Assembly (NCBI GenBank): GCA_001263235.1 | Contig: LGRD01000018.1 | Coordinates: 210,917-274,916, forward strand | Source of the DNA: Methylibium sp. NZG | GTDB lineage: Bacteria > Pseudomonadota > Gammaproteobacteria > Burkholderiales > Burkholderiaceae_C | DNA length: 64,000 nucleotides | Direction: 5' to 3' | Translations under genes and position numbers: made by a program | The notes under the pieces: generated by a model | What the model saw: the letters and a program-made list of their open reading frames with translations, nothing else | Databases searched by the model: none | Told to the model about the DNA's origin: nothing | Part shown: positions 22,888-33,489 of the stretch, one piece after another | Layout of the letters: each line of letters begins with the position of its first letter | Numbering within the stretch: the first letter of the stretch is position 1

Positions 22888-24879
22888 GTGAACCCTCACG
22901 GCCATCGCAACGAAAGTTCCGACGCGCGTGATGCGGCGCCGTCCGCGGCCCCGATGGCGCCCACGCCCTCGGCGCCCGCCGTGCCACGCCCGACCGAACG
23001 CCGCGTCGGCGACCGGCGGGGCGCGCGCCGGGCGGTGTCGGCCGACGAGTCGTGGTTCAAGGCGTTCGGGCCGGTCGAGGACCCGACTTCGCCGCGCGCC
23101 GAGGAAGCCGACGAACCGCCCTCCACCGAGGATGCCGACCTGGGCGATGCGGAAACCGCAGGCGACGAGCCGACGCCCGCAGCGCACGGGCGCACGGCGG
23201 TCGAGGGGCCGGGGCAGACCACCTTCGCCCGCCTGTTCCGCACCTTCATCGGCGCCCGCGCGGTGCTGGGCATGGCGCTGGTGGCCACGCTGGGCGTGGT
23301 CACGATGTTCGGCGTGCGGCCGAGCGTGCCGGTCGCAACCGTCAGCATCATCTACGCCGCATTGGCCCTGAGCATGTGGCTGATGCCGCGGCTGTGGGGT
23401 GCGGCCGGGCCGCAGTCGCTCGCGCGCCTGGGCAGCCCGCAGTGGCTGGGCACGATCGGCGCCGACCTGGTGTGCTTCATGCTGTTGCACCTGCTGGCGC
23501 CCGGGTCGAGCTTGAACTACGTGCCGCTGCTGGTGATGCCCGTGCTCATGGCCGGCGTGCTGACGCCGCGCACCATGGCGCTGGCCACCGTCGCCGGCGT
23601 AACACTGACGCTGCTCGGCGCGGCCTGGCTGGCGGCGCTGTCGGGTGGCGACATCACCGTGCTGATGACGCAGGCCGGCCTGGCCGGCAGCGGCTTCTTC
23701 ATCCTGACCGTGCTGGTGGGCGAACTGGCCGGCCGGCTGGCCCGCGAGGAGATCACCTCACGCGGCAGTTTGAAGCTCGCGCGGCTGCAAGCGCAGTTGA
23801 ACCGGCTGGTGATTGAGGAGATGCAGGACGGCGTGCTGGTGGTCGACCGCAGTGGCCGCGTGCGCGCCGCCAACCCGGCGGCGCGGCGGCTGCTGTGGGC
23901 CAACGGCATGTGCAGGCCGGCGCCGTTCCAGATGCGCGGCGTGGCCGCCTGGGAGGCGCTGGTGCGCACGGCCGAGCGCGCCTTCGTCGACGCCGCCTGG
24001 CCCGAGGCCGGCCGCGACGTGACGCTCGACTTCGCGCCTGGCTCCAGCCGCACGCTGCGCGTTCGCATCCGCTTCACGCGCAAGGCCGAGCCGCAGGGCG
24101 GCGAGGAGTTCTGCGTGATGTTCCTGGAGGACGTGCGCATCCTGCAGGCCCGCAGCCGGCAGGAGAAGCTCGCCGCGATGGGCCGCGTGTCGGCCGGCGT
24201 GGCGCACGAAATCCGCAACCCGCTGGCCGCCATCTCGCAGGCCAACGCGTTGCTGGCCGAAGACGCACGCGACCCCGACCAGCAACGTTTGCTGCAAATG
24301 GTGACCGAGAACGTGCAGCGCCTGAAGCGCATCGTCGACGATGTGATGACGGTGGCTCCCGGCCAAACGCACGACGTACACGCGATCGACGCCACCGCGC
24401 AGGTCGCCGCGGTGTGCCGCGAGTGGGCGGCGGCGGCCGGCATCGCGGTGGGCGAACAGGGCCTCTTGCAATTGCACCTGCCCGATGAATCGCTGGGCGC
24501 GCTGTTCGACCCCGAGCACCTGCGCCGCGTGCTCGTCAACCTGCTCGACAACGCGCGTCGCCACGCCAGCCAGAACGCTGGCGCGATCGAGGTGCGGCTG
24601 GACTCGCGCGACGAGACGCGCGTGTTTTTGAGCGTGTCGAGCGATGGCGCATCGATCCCGGTCGACGTGGAGCGTTACCTTTTCGAACCTTTCTTTTCAA
24701 CGCGCAGCCGCGGCACCGGACTGGGCTTGTACATTTGCCGCGAGCTGTGCGAACGTTATGGCGCGAGCATCGATTACCGGCTGCGACATGCCGTCGGGGT
24801 CGACCGGAACGAGTTCTTCGTTGCGATGCGCCGCAGCGTGCTCGGCACCCCGGAAACCAAGGTTCACGCCGACTCATGA
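22888..24879 (+). CDS. pilS: Sensor histidine kinase, PilS-like (NtrB family)
   Basis: Polytopic N-terminal half, H-box AHEIRNPLAAI, LLDNARRH and GTGLGLYICRELCERYG. GTG start; ATG 22954 is an alternative. Confidence 0.8.
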   Translation: MNPHGHRNESSDARDAAPSAAPMAPTPSAPAVPRPTERRVGDRRGARRAVSADESWFKAFGPVEDPTSPRAEEADEPPSTEDADLGDAETAGDEPTPAAHGRTAVEGPGQTTFARLFRTFIGARAVLGMALVATLGVVTMFGVRPSVPVATVSIIYAALALSMWLMPRLWGAAGPQSLARLGSPQWLGTIGADLVCFMLLHLLAPGSSLNYVPLLVMPVLMAGVLTPRTMALATVAGVTLTLLGAAWLAALSGGDITVLMTQAGLAGSGFFILTVLVGELAGRLAREEITSRGSLKLARLQAQLNRLVIEEMQDGVLVVDRSGRVRAANPAARRLLWANGMCRPAPFQMRGVAAWEALVRTAERAFVDAAWPEAGRDVTLDFAPGSSRTLRVRIRFTRKAEPQGGEEFCVMFLEDVRILQARSRQEKLAAMGRVSAGVAHEIRNPLAAISQANALLAEDARDPDQQRLLQMVTENVQRLKRIVDDVMTVAPGQTHDVHAIDATAQVAAVCREWAAAAGIAVGEQGLLQLHLPDESLGALFDPEHLRRVLVNLLDNARRHASQNAGAIEVRLDSRDETRVFLSVSSDGASIPVDVERYLFEPFFSTRSRGTGLGLYICRELCERYGASIDYRLRHAVGVDRNEFFVAMRRSVLGTPETKVHADS

Positions 24880-24946
24880 GACCGATACGCAAACGACCGC
24901 AGCGGGCTGAGCGCCGGGCTGCTCCGAAGCCGGCCCGGGGGCTCCG

Positions 24947-26500
<1,554 letters not shown>

Positions 26501-26559
26501 CGTGGCGCGTGCAAGCACCCGCACCGCCCCCTTCAACCGCTCGTGACGCGTCCCCTGCG

Positions 26560-27144
26560 ATGAACGACGCCACCTGGGCCGACGGTTGGTTGCAGCGCGC
26601 GCAGCGCATCGACTCACCGCACTTCGGCGTGCGCCCCGAAGGCACAGCGATCAGCCTGGCGGTGATCCACTCCATCAGCCTGCCACCCGGCGAGTACGGC
26701 AGCGACGCGATCGAACGCCTTTTCACGGGCCAGCTCGACTGGGATGCGCACCCGTACTTCGAGCGCATCCGCGGGTTGGAGGTTTCGTCGCATTTCGTCG
26801 TGCGCCGCGGCGGTGAGCTGCAGCAGTTCGTGTCGTGCGACTTGCGCGCCTGGCACGCCGGCTTGTCGTCGTGGCGCGGGCGCGCCGATTGCAACGACTA
26901 CTCGGTCGGCATCGAGCTCGAAGGGCTGGAGGGCGAGGCTTTCGAGCCCGCGCAATACGACGAACTCGCGCGCTTGCTCACCGAGCTGCGGTGCCGCTAT
27001 CCGCTCTTCGGTGTGGCCGGGCATGAGCACGTGGCGCCCGGCCGCAAGTGCGATCCAGGCCTGGGTTTCGACTGGCCGCGCCTGATCGAGATGCTGGGTT
27101 GGCCGCGGCATTTTTTCCCCACGGAAGTCGCACCCCCGTGCTGA
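26560..27144 (+). CDS. ampD: 1,6-anhydro-N-acetylmuramyl-L-alanine amidase AmpD
   Basis: SPHFGVRP, SHFVVRRGGELQQFV, RAWHAG, VGIELEG and HEHVAPGRKCDPG. TTG 26497, overlapping the pilR stop, is an alternative start. Confidence 0.88.
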   Translation: MNDATWADGWLQRAQRIDSPHFGVRPEGTAISLAVIHSISLPPGEYGSDAIERLFTGQLDWDAHPYFERIRGLEVSSHFVVRRGGELQQFVSCDLRAWHAGLSSWRGRADCNDYSVGIELEGLEGEAFEPAQYDELARLLTELRCRYPLFGVAGHEHVAPGRKCDPGLGFDWPRLIEMLGWPRHFFPTEVAPPC

Positions 27145-27172
27145 TGGCGAGTGCCGGCCCAACCACGCCGAC

Positions 27173-27221
27173 ACACTACATCTAGTGCTTGATTGATCGC
27201 CAGACCACAGATATAGTGTGT
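27173..27221. promoter_or_regulatory. Tandem NrdR boxes upstream of nrdA
   Basis: Box 1, ACACTACATCTAGTGC (27173..27188), matches 13/16 of my recollection of the consensus acaCwAtATaTwGtgt. A more degenerate box lies at about 27204..27221 (ACCACAGATATAGTGTGT). The centres are about 31-32 bp apart. Confidence 0.65.
27189..27217 (+). promoter_or_regulatory. Candidate sigma-70 promoter of nrdAB
   Basis: TTGATT, a 17-nt spacer, then TATAGT. The elements are interleaved with the NrdR boxes. This implies a leader of about 395 nt before the ATG at 27619. Confidence 0.5.
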
Positions 27222-27618
27222 GTTCTCGCCGAGCATCTCGGAGCCAACGCACCGAACCCGCCGCTCGACCGCATGGTCGCAGCCCGCGGGCCCGGGCCGA
27301 GTGGTCGGGTCGAGTAAGGTGCTTTCGCCCACCCTGGCAGTTGTCAAAAGCAAGGGGTGCGCAAGACCGATCAAAGTGTGGTGCCGAGCCGCACAAGAGG
27401 GGAAAATGCCTTGCTGTCAACATGCCATTTCGCAGCGCGTGGTCCTCAGAGGCCGGAGTCGTTGCAGCTTCTCGGTTTGACGGCGCGCACGGCGCGTTGA
27501 CGGCCCCGGGCGGGGCTGCCCGTGCGGCGCGTAAAGCGCGGCACCGGCCCCGACCTCTTTGCCGAGCAGCACCTGACACCCACAGCCGACAGTCACATCA
27601 AGATCGAAGGGGGAATTC

Positions 27619-30516
27619 ATGCAAACCGTCACCGTTCCAACCGCCGGCAACGTCACTGCCATGCGCCCGATGGCGCCCGCTGCCGCGCCGACATCCGCTT
27701 ACCAGGGCTACCAGACGCTGCGCCGCAATGGCGCGGTCGTCGCGTTCGAGCCGAACAAGATCGCCGTGGCGCTGATGAAGGCTTTTCTGGCCGTGCATGG
27801 CACGCAGGGCGCGGCGTCGGCGAGCGTTCGCGAAACGGTCGATGGACTGACCGAGACCGTCGTGCGCGCGCTGCTGCGTTCGCGCCCGGGCGGCGGCACC
27901 TTCCACATCGAAGACGTGCAGGACCAGGTCGAACTCGGCCTGATGCGCGGCGGCCACCACGAAGTGGCGCGCGCCTACGTGCTGTACCGCGAGCGCCGCA
28001 CGCAGGAGCGCGCTCGCCAGGGCCGCCCCGCCGAGCCCGCCGAGCCCACGCTGATGGTGACCGACAGGGGCCAGCGTGTGCCGCTGGACTTGGCGCGCCT
28101 GCAAACCATGTTCGAGTCCGCCTGCGCAGGCCTCGGCGCCGACGTGCAGCCCGGCCCCATCATGGCAGAGACCAAGCGCAACCTCTACGACGGCGTGCCG
28201 ATCGACGAGGTGCACAAGGCCGCCATCCTGGCTGCCCGCACGCTGATCGAGAAGGACCCGGGCTACTCGCGCGCCACCGCGCGGTTGCTGCTGCACACCA
28301 TCCGCCGCGAGATCCTCGGTGAAGACGTGCTGCAGGCCGACATGCAGGCGCGTTATGCCGACTACTTCCCCGGCTTCATCAAGAAGGGCGTGCAGGCCGA
28401 ACTGCTCGACGACAAGCTGCTGCAGTTCGATCTCGTTCGCCTGGGCGCGGCCATGAAGGCCGAGCGCGACCTGCAGTTCGACTACCTCGGCCTGCAGACG
28501 CTGTACGACCGCTACTTCCTGCACATCGACGAGCAGCGCATCGAGCTCCCGCAGGCCTTCTACATGCGCGTGGCGATGGGCCTGGCGCTGGGCGAGATCG
28601 ACCGCGAGGCGCGCGCGATCGAGTTCTACGAAGTGCTGTCCACTTTCGACTTCATGAGCAGCACGCCCACGCTGTTCAATGCTGGCACGCAGCGTTCGCA
28701 ATTGTCGAGCTGCTACCTGACCACGGTGGCCGACGATCTCGACGGCATTTATGAGGCGCTGAAAGAGAACGCGCTGCTGTCCAAGTTTGCCGGCGGCCTG
28801 GGCAACGACTGGACGAATGTGCGCGCGCTCGGCAGCCACATCAAAGGCACCAACGGCAAGAGCCAGGGCGTGGTGCCGTTCCTGAAGGTCGTCAACGACA
28901 CCGCGGTGGCCGTCAACCAGGGCGGCAAGCGCAAGGGCGCGGTCTGCGCCTATCTTGAGAGCTGGCACCTCGACCTCGAAGAGTTCCTTGAGCTGCGCAA
29001 GAACACCGGCGACGACCGGCGCCGCACGCACGACATGAACACCGCGAACTGGATCCCCGACCTGTTCATGAAGCGCGTGATGGAAGGCGGCGACTGGACG
29101 CTGTTCTCCCCCAGCACCTGCCCCGACCTGCACGACAAGTTCGGCAAGGCCTTCGAAACGGCGTACACCGCGTACGAAGACAAGGCTGCACGCGGCGAGA
29201 TCAAGTTGTTCAAGACGACGCCGGCGCGCGACCTGTGGCGAAAGATGCTCTCGATGCTGTTCGAGACGGGCCACCCCTGGATCACCTTCAAGGACGCCTG
29301 CAACGTGCGCTCGCCGCAGCAGCACGTCGGCGTGGTTCATTCGAGCAACCTGTGCACCGAGATCACGCTGAACACCAGCGAAACCGAAATCGCGGTGTGC
29401 AACCTCGGCTCGGTGAACCTGGTGCACCACCTGAAGGCCGTCGACGGCAAGATGGAAATCGACCACGCCAAGCTCAAGCGCACCATCTCGACCGCGATGC
29501 GCATGCTCGACAACGTGATCGACATCAACTACTACGCCGTCAAGAAGGCGCGCGACTCGAACCTGAAGCACCGGCCGGTGGGCCTGGGCATCATGGGCTT
29601 CCAGGACGCGCTGTACGAACTCGGCGTGCCCTATGCGTCCGACGCGGCGGTCGAGTTTGCCGACCGGTCGATGGAAGCCGTGTGCTACCACGCCTACTGG
29701 GCCTCGACCGACCTGGCCGCTGAGCGTGGCCGCTACTCCAGCTACCGCGGCTCGCTGTGGGACCGCGGCATCCTGCCGATCGACTCGCTCGACCTGCTGG
29801 CCGAAGCGCGCGGTGGCTATGTGGACGTCGACCGCAGCACCACGCTCGACTGGAGCGCGCTGCGTCAGCGCATCGCCCAGCACGGCATGCGCAACTCCAA
29901 CTGCGTCGCCATCGCGCCCACGGCCACCATCTCCAACATCATCGGCGTCAGCGCGTCGATCGAACCGTCGTTCGGCAACCTGTCGGTCAAGTCCAACCTG
30001 TCGGGCGAGTTCACCATCGTCAATGAGTACCTGGTGCGCGACCTGAAGAAGCTCGGCCTGTGGGACGACGTGATGGTGATGGACCTGAAGCACTTCGACG
30101 GCTCGCTGCGTCGCATCGACCGTGTGCCCGAAGAGCTGAAGGCGCTGTACGCCACCGCGTTCGAGATCGAGACGCAGTGGCTGGTGGAGGCCGCGGCGCG
30201 GCGCCAGAAGTGGATCGACCAGGCGCAGTCGCTCAACATCTACATGGCCGGCGCATCGGGCAAGAAGCTCGACGAGACCTACAAGCTCGCGTGGCTGCGC
30301 GGCTTGAAGACCACCTACTACTTGCGCACCGTGGGCGCCACGCACGCAGAGAAGTCGACCGTGAAGGCGGGCCACATGAATGCTGTGTCCAACAGCGGCG
30401 CAGTCAAGAGCAGCGCGCCGGCCTTGTCGCCCGTGATGGCTGCGAGCGAGGGCGATGCGGGATCCGACATCAAGTTCTGCGCCATCGACGACCCCACGTG
30501 CGAAGCGTGCCAGTGA
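27619..30516 (+). CDS. nrdA: Ribonucleoside-diphosphate reductase alpha subunit (class Ia)
   Basis: 965 aa with an ATP-cone N-terminus, catalytic core (SNLCTEI, GLGIMGFQD) and a C-terminal Cys pair (DDPTCEACQ). Confidence 0.96.
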   Translation: MQTVTVPTAGNVTAMRPMAPAAAPTSAYQGYQTLRRNGAVVAFEPNKIAVALMKAFLAVHGTQGAASASVRETVDGLTETVVRALLRSRPGGGTFHIEDVQDQVELGLMRGGHHEVARAYVLYRERRTQERARQGRPAEPAEPTLMVTDRGQRVPLDLARLQTMFESACAGLGADVQPGPIMAETKRNLYDGVPIDEVHKAAILAARTLIEKDPGYSRATARLLLHTIRREILGEDVLQADMQARYADYFPGFIKKGVQAELLDDKLLQFDLVRLGAAMKAERDLQFDYLGLQTLYDRYFLHIDEQRIELPQAFYMRVAMGLALGEIDREARAIEFYEVLSTFDFMSSTPTLFNAGTQRSQLSSCYLTTVADDLDGIYEALKENALLSKFAGGLGNDWTNVRALGSHIKGTNGKSQGVVPFLKVVNDTAVAVNQGGKRKGAVCAYLESWHLDLEEFLELRKNTGDDRRRTHDMNTANWIPDLFMKRVMEGGDWTLFSPSTCPDLHDKFGKAFETAYTAYEDKAARGEIKLFKTTPARDLWRKMLSMLFETGHPWITFKDACNVRSPQQHVGVVHSSNLCTEITLNTSETEIAVCNLGSVNLVHHLKAVDGKMEIDHAKLKRTISTAMRMLDNVIDINYYAVKKARDSNLKHRPVGLGIMGFQDALYELGVPYASDAAVEFADRSMEAVCYHAYWASTDLAAERGRYSSYRGSLWDRGILPIDSLDLLAEARGGYVDVDRSTTLDWSALRQRIAQHGMRNSNCVAIAPTATISNIIGVSASIEPSFGNLSVKSNLSGEFTIVNEYLVRDLKKLGLWDDVMVMDLKHFDGSLRRIDRVPEELKALYATAFEIETQWLVEAAARRQKWIDQAQSLNIYMAGASGKKLDETYKLAWLRGLKTTYYLRTVGATHAEKSTVKAGHMNAVSNSGAVKSSAPALSPVMAASEGDAGSDIKFCAIDDPTCEACQ

Positions 30517-30711
30517 TCACCAGCGTGCTGGCGAGCGCTGCATCTGCGGCGATTCGCATTGCATCGATCGGCAGCTCGAGAACAACGCGCAAGCGTGCGT
30601 TGTCTCGCGCTCAGTCGATGCAATATGGCAACAGGAAACGCGGTCGAAAGTCAATAAACGCTTGGTGTTCTATCGCAACACTTAGATAATCCACACGCAC
30701 AGGAAATCGCC

Positions 30712-31905
30712 ATGCTGGTTTGGGAAGAAGAAGTCAAGTCCTCGACAACTCACAAAGCGGGTCTCGCGCTCGGTCAACCGTCTGCGGGGCGCATGGAAGT
30801 TCTTTCTTCGGCTCCATCCGCGCCCGTCGCAACACCCGCCACGATCGCCAAGCCCACAGTCGTTGCGTCTGTTGCTCCGCCGATCGCGAAGCGAGTCAAC
30901 GCCGCCGACAAGCGCATCATCAACGGCCAGACCGACGTCAACCAGTTGGTGCCGTTCAAGTACAAGTGGGCCTGGGAAAAGTACCTCGCCAGCTGCGCCA
31001 ACCACTGGATGCCGCAAGAGGTCAACATGTCGCGCGACATCGCCACATGGAAAGACCCGAACGGCCTGACCGAAGACGAGCGCCGCATCATCAAGCGCAA
31101 CCTCGGCTTCTTCGTCACGGCCGATTCGCTCGCTGCGAACAACATCGTGCTCGGCAGCTACCGCCACATCACCGCGCCCGAGTGCCGCCAGTTCCTTCTT
31201 CGCCAGGCCTTCGAAGAAGCGATCCACACGCACGCCTACCAGTACATCGTCGAGTCGCTCGGGTTGGACGAAAGCGAAATCTTCAACGCCTACAACGAAG
31301 TCAAGTCGATCCGCGACAAGGACGAGTTCCTGCTGCCCTTCATCGCGCAGATCATGGACCCGAACTTCCACACCGGCACGCCCGAGAACGACCAGAAGCT
31401 GCTCAAGTCGCTGATCGTCTTCGCCTGCCTGATGGAGGGCCTGTTCTTCTACGTCGGCTTCACGCAGATCCTGGCGTTGGGCCGTCAGAACAAGATGACC
31501 GGCGCTGCAGAGCAGTACCAGTACATCCTGCGCGACGAGTCGATGCACTGCAATTTCGGCATCGACCTCATCAACCAGATCAAGCTTGAAAACCCGCAAC
31601 TCTGGACGCCCGAGTTCAAGGCCGAGATCAAGGCCCTGTTCAACAAGGCCGTCGAGCTGGAGTACCGCTACGCCGAAGACACCATGCCACGTGGCGTGCT
31701 GGGCATGAACTCGTCAATGTTCAAGGGCTATCTGCGCTACATCGCCAACCGGCGTGCAACGCAGATCGGCCTGGAAGAGCTCTTCCCGAACGAGGAAAAT
31801 CCTTTCCCGTGGATGAGCGAAATGATCGACCTGAAGAAGGAGCGCAATTTCTTCGAAACGCGCGTCATCGAATATCAATCCGGTGGCGCGCTTTCGTGGG
31901 ACTGA
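30712..31905 (+). CDS. nrdB: Ribonucleoside-diphosphate reductase beta subunit
   Basis: 397 aa with di-iron ligands ([27 protein letters not shown]). Confidence 0.95.
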   Translation: MLVWEEEVKSSTTHKAGLALGQPSAGRMEVLSSAPSAPVATPATIAKPTVVASVAPPIAKRVNAADKRIINGQTDVNQLVPFKYKWAWEKYLASCANHWMPQEVNMSRDIATWKDPNGLTEDERRIIKRNLGFFVTADSLAANNIVLGSYRHITAPECRQFLLRQAFEEAIHTHAYQYIVESLGLDESEIFNAYNEVKSIRDKDEFLLPFIAQIMDPNFHTGTPENDQKLLKSLIVFACLMEGLFFYVGFTQILALGRQNKMTGAAEQYQYILRDESMHCNFGIDLINQIKLENPQLWTPEFKAEIKALFNKAVELEYRYAEDTMPRGVLGMNSSMFKGYLRYIANRRATQIGLEELFPNEENPFPWMSEMIDLKKERNFFETRVIEYQSGGALSWD

Positions 31906-32121
31906 TGCTCGCATTTGCGACACAGCAACAGGTCATGTGTGAGAGATCAAGATTCGTGAATCGAAGCGCGACGACGCAGAAGCGTCGCACTCGGTTCACA
32001 CCCCGATTCATCGTACGGGGGCGCCCCTCCTGGGCAGACCTCTGGCGGTGAATAGCTGTCGGGTACCGGCATGGCGCCGGTGCAAGGCGGTTTCTTTTCA
32101 ACTTGATCAAGGAGAAATGTA

Positions 32122-32406
32122 ATGGCAACTGCAAAGAAAGCTCCGGCGAAGAAGGCCGCAGCGAAGAAGCCGGCGGCCAAGAAGGCAGCGGCGAAGAAGG
32201 CTCCGGCGAAGAAGGCCGCAGCCAAGAAGGCCCCGGCGAAGAAGGCCGCGGCGAAGAAGGCTCCGGAGAAGCCGGCTGCGAAGAAAGCCGCGAAGAAGCC
32301 GGCTGCGAAGGCGCCGGCTGCTGCGCCGGCTGCTGCTGCCCTGCCAACGAAGACCGCCCTGAGTCCTCAAGCTGCGTGGCCTTTCCCCACAGGCACGAAG
32401 CCCTGA
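32122..32406 (+). CDS. Histone H1-like Lys/Ala-repeat nucleoid protein
   Basis: MATAKKAPAKKAAAKKPAAKKAAAKKAPAKKAAAKK...QAAWPFPTGTKP. A GGAG lies upstream and a strong terminator downstream. Confidence 0.75.
   Translation: MATAKKAPAKKAAAKKPAAKKAAAKKAPAKKAAAKKAPAKKAAAKKAPEKPAAKKAAKKPAAKAPAAAPAAAALPTKTALSPQAAWPFPTGTKP
32131..32310 (+). repeat. 15-nt periodic coding repeat (AKKAP/AKKAA pentapeptides)
   Basis: About 12 iterations of GCN-AAG-AAG-GCN-SCG read directly in the sequence. Confidence 0.8.
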
Positions 32407-32430
32407 CGCTTAGGTCTTGAAGCCTTGAAG

Positions 32431-32453
32431 ACCCGGCTACGGCCGGGTTTTTT
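32431..32453 (+). terminator. Rho-independent terminator after the histone-like gene
   Basis: Stem ACCCGGC/GCCGGGT with loop TACG, followed by TTTTT. Confidence 0.8.
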
Positions 32454-32589
32454 CATATGTCTGCAAATACGACGCCTGATTCATCCTGCACTTCGCGCTG
32501 CCGAAGGCGGTCATCAATACAATACAGGTTCTCTCGGCCTGCCCCGACTTGTGCCGTCTCACGCCACCAAATGACTCCCTCAGCAGCGA

Positions 32590-33489
32590 ATGACTTCCGC
32601 GCCCATCTATGAAACGACGCTGACCTCATTGCCTCTGGTTGCGAGAGGAAAGGTGCGCGATAACTATGGCGTTGACAGCGACAGGCTGTTAATGATTGCG
32701 ACGGACAGACTAAGTGCGTTCGACGTAGTCATGAGCGAACCCATTCCCGGTAAGGGTCAACTACTAACCCAGATGTCTTTGTACTGGTTCGACCGGCTCA
32801 AATACATCATTCCCAATCACTTGACGGGGGACGATCCCGAGTCAGTGGTAACGGAGGCAGAACGAAATCAGGTACATGGTCGGTCGATGCTGGTCAAACG
32901 ACTCAGCCCATTGCCAGTGGAAGCTGTGGTGCGTGGCTACTTGGCGGGAAGCGGTTGGAAGGAGTACCAACGGTCCCGCATGATCTGTGGACTGGAGTTG
33001 CCAATGGGCCTAAAAAACTCATCAAAGTTGCCGCAGCCAGCCTTCACTCCGGCTTCAAAGGCCGAAGCCGGTAGACACGACGAGAACATAACATTCGCCC
33101 GCATGATTGAACTCGTTGGCGCCCCGTTGGCCATTCAAATTCGAGATGTATCTTTGCGTCTTTACTCTGAAGCGGCAGCGATCGCTCACGAGAAAGGGAT
33201 AATTATTGCAGATACTAAGTTTGAGTTTGGCCTGGATGCCTCCGGGGGACTCACCCTGATGGACGAAATTCTCACACCCGATTCCTCACGATTCTGGTTG
33301 TCGGAAAAGTACGTGGAGGGGGCGACTCAATTGGGGTTTGACAAACAGTATGTTAGAGATTGGCTAGATCAGGCGAGGTTGGATGGGAAAATATGGAATA
33401 AGCGGGCACCCCCACCGGCTCTTCCAGAGGAAGTAATAAGGCGTACTGCGGAAAACTACCAGACGGCGATGGACCTTTTACTAACATGA
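32590..33489 (+). CDS. purC: SAICAR synthetase (long form)
   Basis: GKVRDNY, DRLSAFD, ADTKFEFG and TPDSSRFW. The codon usage is visibly atypical for this window (TTA, AGA, CTA, GTA, CAA). Confidence 0.93.
   Translation: MTSAPIYETTLTSLPLVARGKVRDNYGVDSDRLLMIATDRLSAFDVVMSEPIPGKGQLLTQMSLYWFDRLKYIIPNHLTGDDPESVVTEAERNQVHGRSMLVKRLSPLPVEAVVRGYLAGSGWKEYQRSRMICGLELPMGLKNSSKLPQPAFTPASKAEAGRHDENITFARMIELVGAPLAIQIRDVSLRLYSEAAAIAHEKGIIIADTKFEFGLDASGGLTLMDEILTPDSSRFWLSEKYVEGATQLGFDKQYVRDWLDQARLDGKIWNKRAPPPALPEEVIRRTAENYQTAMDLLLT

Noticed and set aside
21556-23490. N-terminal about 645 codons of the 1,101-aa ORF 20185..23490 (-)
   Set aside because: Only the part from MASTLTDRL (21555) onward is Ffh. The upstream portion is antisense to the CcsA-like gene, the PP0621-like gene and the kinase gene, and is low-complexity Arg/Pro/Gly.
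27225-27618. Possible cobalamin or other riboswitch in the long nrdA leader
   Set aside because: I could not find a B12 box (AGYCMGGAGACCKGCC-like) or another riboswitch core by eye. This is a class Ia nrdAB operon already explained by NrdR boxes. I left it as an unexplained long leader only.
27598-30375. 925-aa minus-strand ORF
   Set aside because: It is antisense to nrdA and has no recognisable motifs.
32131-32310. Regularly spaced short repeats that could be mistaken for a CRISPR-like array
   Set aside because: The period is only 15 nt and there are no unique spacers. The repeats lie inside an ORF encoding AKKAP/AKKAA repeats. The same reasoning applies to the adhesin repeats.
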